Below are positions 46,390 to 64,000 of a stretch of DNA of 64,000 nucleotides, in pieces. The first letter of the stretch is position 1. Each line of letters begins with the position of its first letter. A program made the translations under genes and the position numbers. The stretch lies in NCBI GenBank assembly GCA_009914755.4, contig CP068257.2:32000001-32064000 (forward strand), written 5' to 3'. This stretch comes from the human T2T-CHM13v2.0 reference genome, Homo sapiens. A model generated the notes under the pieces. The model worked only from the letters and a program-made list of their open reading frames with translations. It did no database searches and had not been told where the DNA came from.

Positions 46390-46585
46390 AGCAGTTACTA
46401 GCTGTGTAACCATAAGCAAGCTATTTAACTTTTCTGTGCCTCAGTTTCCTCATCTGTAGAATGAGGTCGATCACAGTTCCTGTCTCATAAGATTGTTGTG
46501 AGGATGTTAAAACAGCGCAGTGCCTCACTAAATAGTAAACACTGTATAAGAAATGATTGTTATTATTCTTATCACCTGTGATCCA
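46390..46585 (+). mobile_element. MIR
   Basis: AGTTACTAGCTGTGTAACCATAAGCAAGCTATTTAACTTTTCTGTGCCTCAGTTTCCTCATCTGTAGAATGAGG...AAGATTGTTGTGAGGATGTTAAAACAGCGCAGTGCCTCACTAAATAGTAAACACTGTATAAGAAATGATTGTTATTATT, a near-consensus MIR core. Confidence 0.9.
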
Positions 46586-46797
46586 AGCCTGGAATTTATA
46601 ATTTAAGATACGAATGAAGTTATTATATGTAGTTTTGTTACCAGTTGATTATATGACCTCTCTTAATTTCTCAGTTGCTCTTTCCATCATCTGGAAGCTT
46701 CGCCATTTGTTTTAACCTTTGAAGAGATGAGAGGAAAAGATGCATGATAGGCTTAAATTGCTCTCATCTACTTATAAAAAATAATTAGACATAACGT

Positions 46798-47254
<457 letters not shown>

Positions 47255-47716
47255 TTACAACCATTAGTATGGCTATCATTTTTTTTTAAAAAGGAAAATA
47301 ACAAGTATTGGTAAGGATGTGAAGAAACTGGAATCCTCATATATTGCTGGTGTGAATGTAGCATGGTGCCACAGCTGTGTAAAATAATTTTTCAGCTCCT
47401 CAATTAGATAGATACAGAGTTATATGGCTTAGCAATTCCATTCCTAGCTATATACCAAAAGAAAACAGGTGTTCAAACAAAAACTTGTACATAATATTCA
47501 TAGCAGCATTATTTACCATAGCCAAAAGGTGGAAACAACCCAAATGTCCATCAACTTTTGTGCATCAGTGGACAATGTGGCATATTCATATAATGGGATA
47601 TGATTCAGCTATAAAAAGAAACGAATGATATATGGTACAGTATAAACGTACCTTGAAAGCATGTAGAATAAACATGAAAACATGTATAACATAGATGTAC
47701 CTTGAAAACATGCTAA

Positions 47717-48106
<390 letters not shown>

Positions 48107-48613
48107 TGAGTAGCTGGGGCAGAGCATAGGATTTCTATTTGGGGTGATGAAAATGTTCTGGAACTAGATACTGGTGGTGGTTGCACAACTTCATGATTGT
48201 CTGAGATGTCACTGAATTGCATACTTTAAAATCAGTTCAACAGTAAATTTTATGTTATTTGTATGATGCTGCAATTTAAAAAAAATAAATATTTCGACAT
48301 GACGTTTTTTCCAAGTTTACCTTAGTTGTAATTTTGCCAAAATACTTTCTTAAACCATTTTATTGTAATTTTAGGCTAAGATCATTTGCACTTTATATAT
48401 AGTTGAATGAAATATATCGTAGTTGTTTTATTCTCTTGTAAATCTAGAAAAGATGAAAAATGAAAGCCATGAGAGTTTTAAGTATGTCTTTGCCTTGTGC
48501 AGATATTCTCAAAGGGTATTGTGGAGCCCTTGGGGCTCCTTATGACCTTTTCAAAGGGTCTGCAGGTTCAGGTTATTTTCATAGTAATTGTTGAGAGTTA
48601 TTTGCTTTTCAAA

Positions 48614-48942
48614 TTTTTATTTATTTATTTATTTAGAGACGGGGCTTTGCTCTGTCCCCAGCCTGCAGTGCAGTGGTGCAATGACAGCTCACTGCAGCCT
48701 CGACTTCTGGGCACAAGTGATCCTCCTGCCTCTCAGCCTCCCAACTGGGACTGCAGGGAGGCATTGTTTTACATTTACATGCCACCATGCCCGCTAGTTT
48801 TTTTATTTTTCATAGAGATGGGGTTTTGCCACATGTTGCCCAGGCTGATCTTGAACTCCTGGGCTTAAGTGATCCACCCCCATCTCGGCCTCCCAAATTC
48901 TGAGATTACAGAATTTGTAAGCATAAGCCACCACACCCAGCC
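48614..48942 (-). mobile_element. Alu (old, with internal insertion; antisense), (TTTA)n tail; TSD TATTTGCTTTT
   Basis: TTTATTTATTTATTTATTTAGAGACGGGGCTTTGCTCTGTCCCCAGCCTGCAGTGCAGTGGTGCAATGACAGC...AAGCCACCACACCCAGCC. Confidence 0.85.
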
Positions 48943-50911
48943 TATTTGCTTTTTTTTTTTTTAAACTCTTTTTCTCCACAGGTGTAAAGTGTAGTTTTCC
49001 AAACGCTCTATAATATATGATGGTGTAGTCTCTTTGTTGGCTAATGGTCTATGTACTTGTATATGTCTGGATTTTTTTGTTTTTTTTTTACAATTCTCTA
49101 AGGTAAGCTCTTTGTGATCCTCAATAATTTTTAAGTGTATAAAAGAGTCCTGAGGCCAAAAAGTTTGAGAACAAAATGTCTTGGTAAAAAATGTATGTGC
49201 CAATAATGAAAAAGCATATACGAACTACTTGTATTATATATTTTTGAAAACAGAAGGAAAATAAATTGTAAGCCAAATGACTCTTTTGGCTGCTTAGCTT
49301 TTATCATCTTTACTGCTTCAGAGGTTACTAGATTTGGAACCAAAGTGTACTTTTTGGGATGCGGTAGGTTTCTGGTTTTAAAAAAGGATGTCTGGTATTG
49401 ATTAAATCTATAGTTTTGAACTTTCTAATCCAGCAGCTCTGTGGAGTAGGTACTGATACTTGGATTTTATAACCAGGGCACAAAATGGTTAAGTAACTTA
49501 TCTGTGGTCCGACGGCTAGTAAGTGGCAGGTCTGGTGTTTGGATCCATGAAGTCTGTTTCCTGAGTCTGCACTGTTCACAGTATGCGATCTATGTAATAC
49601 CGCTCCTTATGTACATTGTATAATAATAGCTCCCTGGGAATGTATGTGTGAAGTTCCCATTTGGAAGGCTGGCATCGTAGTACTGCACTGATAGTGGTGG
49701 CAGTGATTGTGAGGTGGGTTGGGTTCTGGTGCCTATGGCAGGGGCTCCAGCAAGCAGATGGTTAGAAGACAGATAGGGAGCAAGGATAGGAGGATGGGCT
49801 GCTATAGGGGCCAGACCTCCTGCCCAGGATATTTCTGGTCCAGTTCGAAAGTTGGACCTTTCCTTCCTAGAGATTGGCTCCACTTATGGCTTTATAATAG
49901 GACCTCTTCCCCTTCTGGAGTCCTTTGGAGCAAGATGCATTTTCACAGTTTTCTCCCAACCTCTTTACTTGAGTCTAGCACTTACTGCCTTTGAACTTCT
50001 CTGAGGGTTTTTACTACCAACTAGAAATGAAAGAAAAAGTTGAAGAGGGAGATGGTATTCAAAAGATAAGTGATACAAATTGGAGTCTTTTAGGATTCAT
50101 ATTATTGAAACGCAATTTGTCAACCTCCCTAAGAGGGTCACATCACTGTGGTGTGGGCCCCCCCAAGGCATGTCATCACTGAGGTTAGGATGGGCTCTCT
50201 GCCATGAGGAGTAAGCCAGTGCCTCCAGCTACTGGCTAGAAACAGGGAGTGTTGTCAGGAGATCTGCACTGGGGCTGAAGGACATCCCCGCCTACTTCCC
50301 TTTTGCTCTTCTTACTATCAGTCTTTACTACCGCAGATCCCTTTCTAGGGTCCACGACCTTTGCTGGGGTAAAGTGGGATGCAGGGATGGGGCCTGGGGA
50401 TGCTCTAGGCAGTTTGCATGAAGGAGTGGCTCCATTGGTGTTAAAGATTAGGCCTTCTGATACTTTCTTCTCCACTTGTACTTTGAGTTAAAGGCTCTTA
50501 CCTCAAGAGATTTTCTTTACTCTGTGGCCATATCTGTAACTGTCCTTAACTCTCTGTGCATGGCAGCCCCAAACCTTCCCAGTGGAACAGTGCAAGCTCA
50601 GAGCCTTGCAGGTCAGTGACCCCACACTTGGCACAGGAATTCCAGGGAAAAGTGTGAAAGGGCAGTAGGTGGCTCCTCCGTCCTGCTTCTTTGAAAACCT
50701 CTGACCTAAAAGGTTTTTGAAGCTGAATATTTAAAGAAAATATGTATGAGATTGTAGAGATAGATGCCTAGGCGGCTGAAGGGGATGTGGCAAGTGGATG
50801 GCCTCCCTCAGGGCTCCTTTCCACCTGTGGTGGCCACAGGTTCAAGACTCCTGTCCAAACATTCTGGTTTGTTTATGTGTTCCAGAAACAGACAGAGAAG
50901 AAGGTATTGTA

Positions 50912-51555
<644 letters not shown>

Positions 51556-51894
51556 CTCATTTAAGTTTTAATATGTTTGTGGGTAGAAAACGTCTTAATT
51601 TTTTTTTTTTAATCTCAGAAAATGACATGTGTTGGTGTTGAGATCTCTCTTGAGTGGCTTCATCATTTGTTCGTATGCCCAATGTAGAACCTTATTCTTT
51701 ATCCTGAATTCCTTCCTCCCCCTTACACCTGATTTAATTGTGCACTATTGATCTGGCTTAGTTCTGGAACTTCTCTCACTCTCACTCAGGTGTTGCCCTA
51801 GACTCATAGGTGCTCTCTCTCCAGCCAGTTTTGACCTCTCCATATCTTTTTCCATTAGAGCAGTAGTTGTCAAACTTTTTGATTAAAACTGAGA

Positions 51895-52190
51895 GGCCAG
51901 GTGCCGTGGCTCATGCCTGTAATACCAACAGTTTGAGAAGCCCAGGTGGTAGGATCACTTGAGCCCAGGACCAGCTTGGACAACATAGTGAGACCTTGCC
52001 TCTACCAAAAAGTAAAAAAATTAGCCAGGGGTGGTGACATGTGCCTGTGGTTCCAGCTATGTGGGAGGCTGAGGTGAAAGCATTGCTTCAGCCCAGGAGT
52101 TGGAGGCTGGATTGAGTCGTGATTATGTCATGACACTCTAGCCTGGATTACAGAGCAAGACACTGTCCCAGAAAACAAAACAAAACAAAA
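51895..52190 (+). mobile_element. Alu (older) with (CAAAA)n tail
   Basis: GGCCAGGTGCCGTGGCTCATGCCTGTAATACCAACAGTTTGAGAAGCCCAGGTGGTAGGATCACTTGAGCCCAGGA... Confidence 0.9.
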
Positions 52191-53085
52191 TCTGAGAAAT
52201 TACTTATTCCCTAATTTATGATTTGGTTATTAACTTATTTAAAATGAAAAATAAACCCATGTAAAGTTAGTATACATAGCTTTTTAATGAAAATCGCTTT
52301 TTTTTTTTCCCAAAACAACAACATAAAATGTAGTCGGAAGAGTGGCCATCGTTCACTTATGTGTTGCAGACCTCCTTAATGTCTGCCTGGATGGAAGAGT
52401 TTCTCATCCAGTGCATACATGCATGAATCATTGCAGCCAGGTCTCAACCCTGTCAGACAACACTCTCTTTTTGTAGTAAGTCTTTGGTAATGCTTCTTTT
52501 ATTCTTAAGAAATGTATTCATCTCAGAATTCAAATGAAAGTAACATACTAACATGATAATAGTTCAGTGTGTCAGTGTTGTCTCAGCTACACTAGGATCA
52601 CATGCTCACTAGGTCAGGTGCACTGAGAATGCAGTGGCTGCAAATGCACACGGTAGAGGTACATTACTTGGTGATTCAAATATCAAGAAGGGCATTAGAT
52701 GTAATGACATGTTCTCTAAAACTGTGAGCAACTTTTGGTAAAATACAAAACAGTCTTTTGATTTATGTGGTAATTATATTCCTAGCAAATTGAATGTGTA
52801 GTGAAACTTGGAAAAAGTCTTTTGTGATTCTGTGTGAAATGGAATTTGGTTTTAGGTTCCGATAATTATACATGGGGTTTTCCCCTACATTACTATCTAG
52901 AGAAACATTCAAAAGTCGTATGGGACAATTCCTCATATGGGACTGTTCTGCACAACCTGTTAAATAAATGCCAGTGGTGCCTCCCAGCGAATGAGACCAC
53001 CAAAAATACCCCACGGATTTTCACACATCCATTAGGGAATGGTACATACCTATTAAGAACACTGATAAGTGGAATCTTGGCTGTA

Positions 53086-53371
53086 TTTTTTTTCTTGTTT
53101 TTTGTTTGTTTGTTTGTTTTGAGACAGAGTTTCAATCTTGTCACCCAGGCTGGATTGCAGTGGTGATCTTGACTCACCGCAACCCCCGCCTCCCGGATTC
53201 AAGTGATTCTTCTGCCTCAGCCTCCGGAGTAGCTGGGATTACAGGCGCCGGCCACCACGCCCGACTAATTTTGTATTTTTAGTAGACACGGGTTTCACCG
53301 CGTTGGTCAGGCTGGTCTTGACCTCCTGACCTCAGTGCTGGGATTACAGGTGTGAGCCGCTGTGCCCGGCC
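53086..53371 (-). mobile_element. Alu (antisense) with internal deletion and (TTTG)n tail
   Basis: TTTTTTTTCTTGTTTTTTGTTTGTTTGTTTGTTTTGAGACAGAGTTTCAATCTTGTCACCCAGGCTGGATTGCAGTGG...GTGTGAGCCGCTGTGCCCGGCC. Confidence 0.9.
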
Positions 53372-53420
53372 TGTTTTGTTTTTTTAAGTTGGATGATAAT
53401 TTAAAAAATAACTTACAATA

Positions 53421-53627
53421 CAGCCTGACCAACATGGTGAAACCCCATCTCTACTAAAAATACAAAAATTAGCAGGCATGGTGGCGCACGCCTGTAATCC
53501 GAGCTACTCAGGAGGCTGAGGCAGGAGAATTGCTTGAGTGAGGTTGCAGTGAGCTGAGATTGCGCCATTGCACTCCAGTCTGGGCGACAAAGCGAGACTC
53601 CGTCTCAAATAAATAAATAAATAAATA
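53421..53627 (+). mobile_element. 5'-truncated Alu with (AAAT)n tail and 14-bp TSD AATAACTTACAATA
   Basis: The body starts at CAGCCTGACCAACATGGTGAAACCCCATCTC, around Alu position ~75. TSD at 53407-53420 and 53628-53641. Confidence 0.9.
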
Positions 53628-53775
53628 AATAACTTACAATAATAATTACTTGAATCTCACCGTTAATCAGTGTTAATATTTTGTTGTATATCCATCTTGT
53701 CCTTTTTTGTACATTTGTAGTTTTTTTCCATTCAAAAATGGGATCATTTAAAAATTTAAAAAGAGTCGATGTCTT

Positions 53776-54044
53776 GGCTGGGCACAGTGACTCAACGCCT
53801 GTAATTCCCAGCACTTTGGGAGGCCGAGGTGGGCAGATCACCTGAGGTTGGGAGTTCAAGACCAGCCTGACCAACATGGAGAAACTCCGTCTCTACTAAA
53901 AATACAAAATTAGCCAGCGTGGTGGTGCATGCCTGTAATCCCAGCTACTCGGGAGGCTGAGGCAGGAGAATCGCTTGAACCTGGGAGACGGAGGTTACGG
54001 TGAGCTGGGCAACAAGAGCGAAACTCTGTCTAAAAAAAAAAAAA
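53776..54044 (+). mobile_element. Alu with 3' internal deletion; TSD AAGA[G/A]T[C/T]GATGTCTTG
   Basis: GGCTGGGCACAGTGACTCAACGCCTGTAATTCCCAGCACTTTGGGAGGCCGAGGTGGGCAGATCACCTGAGGTTGGGAGTTCAAGACCAGC... Confidence 0.95.
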
Positions 54045-54189
54045 GAATTGATGTCTTGATGCTACTTAATTTTATCTAATTCACGTGTTTTTAAAAATCA
54101 TAACAAAATCAGTTTTATTCTTCATTCTATCATACAATTAGTACAATCTCAGGTAAGATGCAAACAATGTATACTCATAAGTCTCTTTT

Positions 54190-55322
<1,133 letters not shown>

Positions 55323-57096
55323 GAAGAGGTGCCGGTTTGAAGGGGCGAGGACAGAGCGTGGACTTGCGGAAAGTTAGGTGGCCTTGGTGATTTAATCTCT
55401 CAAACCTTCGGTTTTCTTATCTGTAACACGTATTAGAGAAACTGTGTCTTGTCGGAACCTACCCCTCAGTGGGGGTAATCCCAGCTGTTTGTCCTCAGCT
55501 CATTTCTAACTGAACTGCAGGCTTCTCAAGAGCAGCCAGGATGTCACCTTTTCATCACCTAGCACCAGCTCAGGACCTGGCTCATTAATTTATTGAACAA
55601 ATGAATGTGGCAGAAAATTTGCTATTGGTGTTGGACTGTGTTTAAACTTTGTTTCATGTTTATCATGGTTAAACCTCCATCAGAGGTAAACAACTATGTT
55701 AATTATTACATCAAACTTCTGTACATCTTGCCCCAAATGGGATCATTTATTTGTTCAGGATAAAATGTTTTTGAAGTTTTTAGCACACCTGATAGTTGTA
55801 TTTCTTCTAGATTGGGCTTGGATATTGTTATTACTCAGGAATCTGGTTGAATGTTTGATTGTATAACTCTGCCTTTGACATATGTAATTAAATGAGTTTG
55901 TATTTAATGTGTTCCTTGAGGCAGCCAGGTGTATTTACCTCAGAACTGTTGAAGGCTTGCCATGTCTCTAGGACTCATTGGTACCTTTAAGGCATCTCTA
56001 CAGGTATGATTTTCTTTTACTGTGGATTCTTTTTTTCTTTCAAAAGTTTTTCAGCTGTTAGATATTTAGCAGCTCAGTCTGTTTGAATGATTTAATGTGT
56101 TACTATTGAAAATTACTTTGAAATACAATTTGACTGTTTTCAAGAGAGTTTGGATTCTGAAGGCCCACAGTGTATAGGCTGAAACAGTGGTTCTCAAATC
56201 TAGCATGCATTCACTGGATCTGGGACAGGATCCAACAGTTTGCATTTCTAACAAGTTCCCCATTAATGCTGGTGCTGTTGGTGTGGGGACCAGACTTTGA
56301 GAACTATTGGGCTAAAGTGTGGAAGACAATTAAAAATAATAATATGGAGGGGAAATGGGGCCCAGTGTGTTTGGGAACAGGATCCCTTTGTGCTCTCCAC
56401 AGACAATAGAGCAGTAAAGAAAAACTGGTTTTGGCACCTGAAAAGAAGGAAAATAGACATAAACTTTAGAAAATACTGTTTGATAGTTGCAGTGGTCCTT
56501 AAAATTAAGATAGGAGAAGAGATTTGGAAATAATTTAATTTTAAAAAGTTTATTTTACCTTTTTTATTATAGGAGTAATGCATGTTCATAATGGAAAGTG
56601 TCATAAATACAGAAACATTTCTATTCTAAAAGAGAGGAAAAATTTCCCCAAAGTATCTTCTGACATTTTTGGCAATGTCCATTCAGTATCTCTTTTATGT
56701 GTAGGACTTTTGTTTTTGTTTTGCCATGAAATAAAGTTTTTATTGTCAAAATAATATATGCTCATTATAATGAAAGAAAAAGAAAGATCATAAAGGACAC
56801 TCACTCTTTCCAGAAACAATACTGATAACATACTGAAGTTTATTATTTGGTATCTCTTCATGTGAATATATCCATTTATGTGAATTACCTTGACCATATG
56901 GTTTTATAACCTAATTTTTTCAGTCACTATCTTTTCATATCATTAGATGTAATTCTGAAGCATCTTTTTTAGGCGCAGAGTATCTTACTCTGAAAAACTT
57001 TGTTGTAGCTGATGCTCTTCATCCACTGGCCCCTCCCATTTCTCATTTCTCTACTAGGAATTTGTAGGTCAAAGAGCATGTAAAAATCTTGATATG

Positions 57097-57455
<359 letters not shown>

Positions 57456-57843
57456 TCACTAGTAGCTGTGTGCCTGTACCCAGACCCCAAGTCTATGCTC
57501 ATTGCCGGTTTAATAATTGCCAGCCTGATAGGTGAAAATAGTATCTTTTCATTCACTTCTTTTACTGATAAGAAGCTTAACACTTTTCTTCATGTGTCAG
57601 TTGGTCGTTTAAATTTCTTTTGAATTTCTGCTCTTGTCCTTGTCACATTTTCTTTTGGGGTTAATCTTTTTTCTTGATTTATATGAACTCTTCATACTTA
57701 GGGACATTAATTCCTTACATCATATGCTTCAGATATTTGTTTCCAAAATTTCATTTGCTTTTAAAACTAACTTGTGGAATTTTTTTTCTTTCATAGAAGT
57801 GTTTTAAGTGTTTCATAGAAGTGCCATCCACTATGATTTTCCT

Positions 57844-58097
<254 letters not shown>

Positions 58098-58228
58098 TGA
58101 TTTTCCATTTTTAAGGATTTCTGCTCATGGTGTCAAATGAGAACATCCCCTGTCACTTCAAGATTTTACGAATATTAACCTGCATTTTCTTCTACAACAC
58201 TTTCTCTTTTTTAAAAAACGTTTTTAAA

Positions 58229-58394
<166 letters not shown>

Positions 58395-58591
58395 TAGTTT
58401 GTTTTGATGCAAGCAAATACATTTATTTTAGTGTGGCCAAATGTAATTTACATTTTTAAATATTGAATTATTTTGGTTGCACTGTGCAAACATTAGGCAA
58501 ATTTAGGTATAAAGTTGGAAAAAGCCACTAAGTGTCACACTGTTCTGAGGAGCACTGGGAATTCTGAGAAGGCTTAAAGAGTTTGCCATGG

Positions 58592-58979
58592 TTTTCTGTC
58601 CTTGTGATAGTTTGTTCGGAATGATGGTTTCCAGCTTCATCCATGCCCCTACAAAGGATGTGAACTCATCCTTTTCTATGGCTGCATAGTATTTCATGGT
58701 GTATATGTGCCACATTTTCGACAGAAAACCAAACACTGCATGTTCTCACTCATAGGTGGGAATTGAACAATGAGAACACTTGGACACAGGGTGGGGAACA
58801 TCACACACCGGGACCTGTCGTGAGGTGCGGGGAGGGGGGAGGGATAGCATTAGGAGATAAACCTAATGTAAATGACAAATTAATGGGTGCAGCACACCAA
58901 CATGGCACATGTATACATATGTAACAAAACCTGCACGTTGTGCACATGTACCCTAGAACTTAAAGTATAATTAAAAAAA
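58592..58979 (+). mobile_element. L1 (L1PA-like) 3'-end insertion, internally deleted, with 15-bp TSD AAGAGTTTGCCATGG
   Basis: ORF2-end text ...TTCCAGCTTCATCCATGCCCCTACAAAGGATGTGAACTCATCCTTTTCTATGGCTGCATAGTATTTCATGGTGTATATGTGCCACATTTTC is joined directly to 3'-UTR-end text ...GGTGCAGCACACCAACATGGCACATGTATACATATGTAACAAAACCTGCACGTTGTGCACATGTACCCTAGAACTTAAAGTATAATTAAAAAAAAA. TSD at 58576-58591 and 58980-58994. Confidence 0.9.
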
Positions 58980-59157
58980 AAGAGTTTGCCATGGAAGTGG
59001 AGGTCAGGAGAGGGGAGAACTGAGCAAGTATGTGGGTATTTCCAGCTCCTACTTCTCCCAAGAACTGCAGGCTTAGATGGGCAGCTGTCTAGTAGGCAGA
59101 TCTTCTTGGGCATCTAATAATAAGCTGTTCAAAATTAACATAGCCAAAGCAGAATTC

Positions 59158-59454
59158 TTTTTTTTTTTTTTTTAAGACAGAGTCTCACTTATCACCTAGG
59201 CTGGAGTGCAGTGGCATGATCTCGGCTCACTGCAAGCCTCGCCTCCCTGGTTCAAGGGATTTTCTTGCCTCAACCTCCCGAGTACCTGGGATTACAGTTG
59301 TGTGCCACCATGTCCAGCTAATTTTTATATTTTTAGTAGAGACAGGGTTTCGCCCTGTTGGCCAGGCTGGTCCCAAACATCTGGCATCAAGTGATCCACC
59401 CGCCTAGGCCTCCCAAAGTGCTGGGATTACAGACTTGAGCCACCGCACCCAGCC
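59158..59454 (-). mobile_element. Alu (antisense), T16 tail
   Basis: AAGACAGAGTCTCACTTATCACCTAGGCTGGAGTGCAGTGGCATGATCTCGGC...GACTTGAGCCACCGCACCCAGCC. Confidence 0.95.
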
Positions 59455-60490
59455 CAAAACGGAATTCTTGATGCTGTCCCCACCCTAATGCGCACACCCC
59501 AGTCCTTTCTCGTCTTAGTAAATAGCGCTGTCAAACACCCATTTAGGCAGGCCAGAAACTTCAAAGGTGTCTTTGATTCCGCTCTTCCACCACTTTATAT
59601 CTACTCCATCATGAAGTCTTGTAGACTTTCTGTCCAGAATATATCCTGAGTCTGACCACTCCTAATCATTTCCACTGTTAAAACATTAGGCCACCACTGT
59701 CTCTCATGTGGGTGTTTATTGTGGTCTTCTGGACATTGTCTTGGTTCCACTTTGTCTCTCCCTGTAATCTGTTTCACATAGTAGCTTCTACAGTGTAAAT
59801 AAGATCATATTATTCCCTTGATTAAAACCTTTCAAAGACTTCCCATTACATTTAAAATAAAATCCAAGCCTTACTATAAAAGATCCACTTGTCTGGCCTC
59901 TGTGCTTCTCCAGTTTCTTCCTTCTGCACTCCCCTTGTCTGCTTTGCGGTAGCCTAACATGTCTCTTTCTATCTCTTGAACAGGTTCTTTTCTTTCGTTG
60001 GGTCTTTATACAGGCTGAACCTCCTCTAGAACTAACTAGAAGCTACCTCTGATGTCTTCTCAGAGAGACTTTCCTTGACTATCCCCAGGCACATGAAGAA
60101 GCCCCACACACCCCCTCTAGTCACCATCTATCTTGTTAACCTTACTTATTTTCTTAAAGTGGGGTTCTGTATGTAAAATGATCTTCTTTATTTGTTTACT
60201 GGTTTATTAGCTGTCTTCCTATTCGAGAATGTAAGCTCCCAGAGGACACTCTGTTTTGTTCACTTCTGAATCCCTAGCACTTAGCCCCGTGCTTGGCCCA
60301 TGACATTTGTGGTAAGTACTAGGTGACCATTTTTGGAACTGTTCCCACCCCACGGCCTGCATTCACACTTTAATCACAGCAGCTCAGCTTTTATATCGTG
60401 AGCTTCAGTGGGAGGTTTTGTTTACAGAAAGTTTTCTTGGTTGACAAAAGCCTGAAGATGATTTTCTTGGAAGATGAGGATTTATTCTAA

Positions 60491-60727
<237 letters not shown>

Positions 60728-61475
60728 GGAAGCAGAGATTTTCTGTCAGTGTTCCATCTACTTCATAATGTATTGTTGATATGGTTCTTGATTTTTTAAC
60801 CTGAAGGCATAAGCATGAAAATAGCATAATGATTTTTCACAGTTCCTGTCCAAGAGTACTTTTTCTTTACATGTTGAATTACCTACCATAGATTGTTTTA
60901 TCCTATAATTAGAAAGATTATGAGATTACATCATCTTATATTTACCCTTAAAGAGTGTTTCCCGAATCATAAGCCAAAGCCTTTGTATAACCTTATTATG
61001 TAAATATTTATGTTTCAGGTGTGTTATTCCCTTTGTGTGTGTGTGTATCTATATACATATATATGCATAGTATTTGTGTTCTCTTATTCCTATGACATTG
61101 TAAACGTTCTAGTTGATGATGTCTGTGCTTCCATTGCAACTCTTCACTGCATGGGTACTCTGATGTGTATGGCTTGCTGCTCCCCAGATATTCGTTGACT
61201 TTGTGACATCTGTCCTAGGACAATTTCACTATTTTAGTTTTTGGCTACTCAGTTAATTAGAAATGCATCTCAGTTGTATTTTAAGTTATTGCTTTCTACA
61301 TTTTAATCAGTAAATACAAAGAGATTGCCTTTAGTTTTTGTTATGTGTATTTTCAGGTTATGTTACTGGGAGTACAAAGTTTTACAATTGTTGCTTTCTT
61401 TGTGGATTATAGGTTTTAGGAAAATAAAATTTATCGTATTGACAGTTTTTGCCTTGAAAGGCTTATTAAATTTAG

Positions 61476-61813
<338 letters not shown>

Positions 61814-62085
61814 CATCCTTTTGTTTTTAATCTGTCATTTTATTTTAGGTGCATTTCTAGTTCGCTTGGCCTGCTGTCTTTTTCATAACACTTTATTCCT
61901 ATGTAATAGATATAATGTTCTTTTGCATTTTATTGTTTCTAAAGCAAATATCTTCTAATTAAGAAAAATAACTTCTAGTTAATTTATTTCAAGGGGAAGC
62001 AGTGGGGGTTTTATTCCTCTGGATGTTTGTTGTCTTGTGTCCTGTGGAATATTTTCTTTCTGTTTTTGTTCTTTTCTTTCTCTAA

Positions 62086-62446
<361 letters not shown>

Positions 62447-63254
62447 TGGTGCCATACTTTCTGCATTTTTCTTTAAGGAAGGTTCCAAATGTCTGAAGTC
62501 CAGCAAAAGGTCCTGCCCAGACTTTTGGAGAGAAAACACAGCAAAGCAATCAGTAGGTTAATGACTGCATGGTTTCTGGACCAAATTATCCTCATCTACC
62601 ACTTAGAACATTAAGTTGTAAACCAGAGTCAGCACAGCCAGGGTGGAGATTACTTATTTGTATCCCTTGCTCGTAGGTTATTTAATATTCTCTGTTGTGT
62701 CAAAGTTTAGTCGGGTATATTAATTAGTCAGCTTTTGCTAAATTATGTTGTGGTAACAATCTCCAAATCTCAGTAGTTTACGACAACAAAACTTTGTTTC
62801 TCAGTTTAAGGCTCTTTGTGGGCTTCATGCCATGGTAGAACCTCAAAAGTGGCATGTGCCATTTCAACTCATACTTCATTGGCCAAAAGCAAGTCACGTG
62901 GTCATGCAGGGCCTCAGTAAGCAAGAAATATTTACCCGCCCGGGGATGGACAGGTAGGAAAGGGTCTGTTAAGGAAGGGCAGCAAATATTTGGATAACAG
63001 TACTATGTGTTTGTATGGAGCGATATTTAAGAAGGTTTCCTAGGTTTTTTGAGGGGTATTGAAGCTGAGAGGTTGGGGGCAGGCAGGAAGCTCTGCAGCC
63101 TGTAGCCTATGGTATCAAGCTTCATGAGAACGAGAATTAACTAGTTACATCTTTATTACCATTTTTGGCATCTCTGCAGACAGTGGATCTAATGCATGAT
63201 AGCTGATTAATAAATGTTTGTTGAATTAATGAACAAAATAGCAAGAAAGTAACG

Positions 63255-63368
63255 TATTCTGAGGCAGGAGAATTGCTTGAACCAGGAGGCAGAGGTTGCA
63301 GTGAGCTGACATCATGCCATTGCACTCCAGCCTGGGCGACAGAGTGAGACTCCGTCTCAAAAAACAAA
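63255..63368 (+). mobile_element. 5'-truncated Alu (last ~115 bp); TSD AAGAAAGTAA
   Basis: TTCTGAGGCAGGAGAATTGCTTGAACCAGGAGGCAGAGGTTGCAGTGAGCTGACATCATGCCATTGCACTCCAGCCTGGGCGACAGAGTGAGACTCCGTCTCAAAAAA. Confidence 0.85.
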
Positions 63369-63401
63369 AGAAAGTAAACAGATTATTTTCATGCTATTTG
63401 A

Positions 63402-63767
<366 letters not shown>

Positions 63768-64000
63768 TTGGAACCAGTTTTATAGAGCAGTTCCTACAAT
63801 AGCTCCTTTTATATTTAAAATGAAAAGTGCTTTCTTGGGGGTCATTTTGCCATACCAAAAGATTATGTGCTTAAAAAAAAAACTACATACTAATTACAGA
63901 AAAAATTTTAAATATGCATTAAATACAAGCAAGTAGAGGTTGTGTTCTATTTGGCTACTCAGGACAACTATTGGTGTTTTGTTATATATCCTCCTATATA

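Overview
This is primate, almost certainly human, nuclear genomic DNA, not a prokaryotic locus. Roughly 40-45% of the window is interspersed repeats. I count at least 55 Alu copies or fragments, most with recognisable target-site duplications. Other repeats are 5'-truncated L1 fragments (one with a twin-priming-type inversion), MaLR/THE1-type solo LTRs, MIR elements, and hAT/Tigger-type non-autonomous DNA transposons. The one clearly non-repeat, functional-looking element is a ~2 kb CpG island at about 23,330-25,330, very GC-rich at its core. It carries CCAAT/ATTGG boxes, Sp1 GC boxes, a perfect octamer and a ZNF143/SBS-like motif, which is the signature of a TATA-less, probably bidirectional Pol II promoter with a first exon. 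No protein-coding exon can be called confidently from sequence alone. Every ORF in the six-frame track is explained either by Alu/L1 sequence or by GC-rich low-complexity translation inside the CpG island. I see no CRISPR arrays, operons, tRNA or rRNA genes, or prokaryote-style defence or biosynthetic systems, and I do not find sequence evidence for a novel system. The findings below are the structures worth a second look. All coordinates were placed by eye from the numbered sequence and may be off by a few bases.
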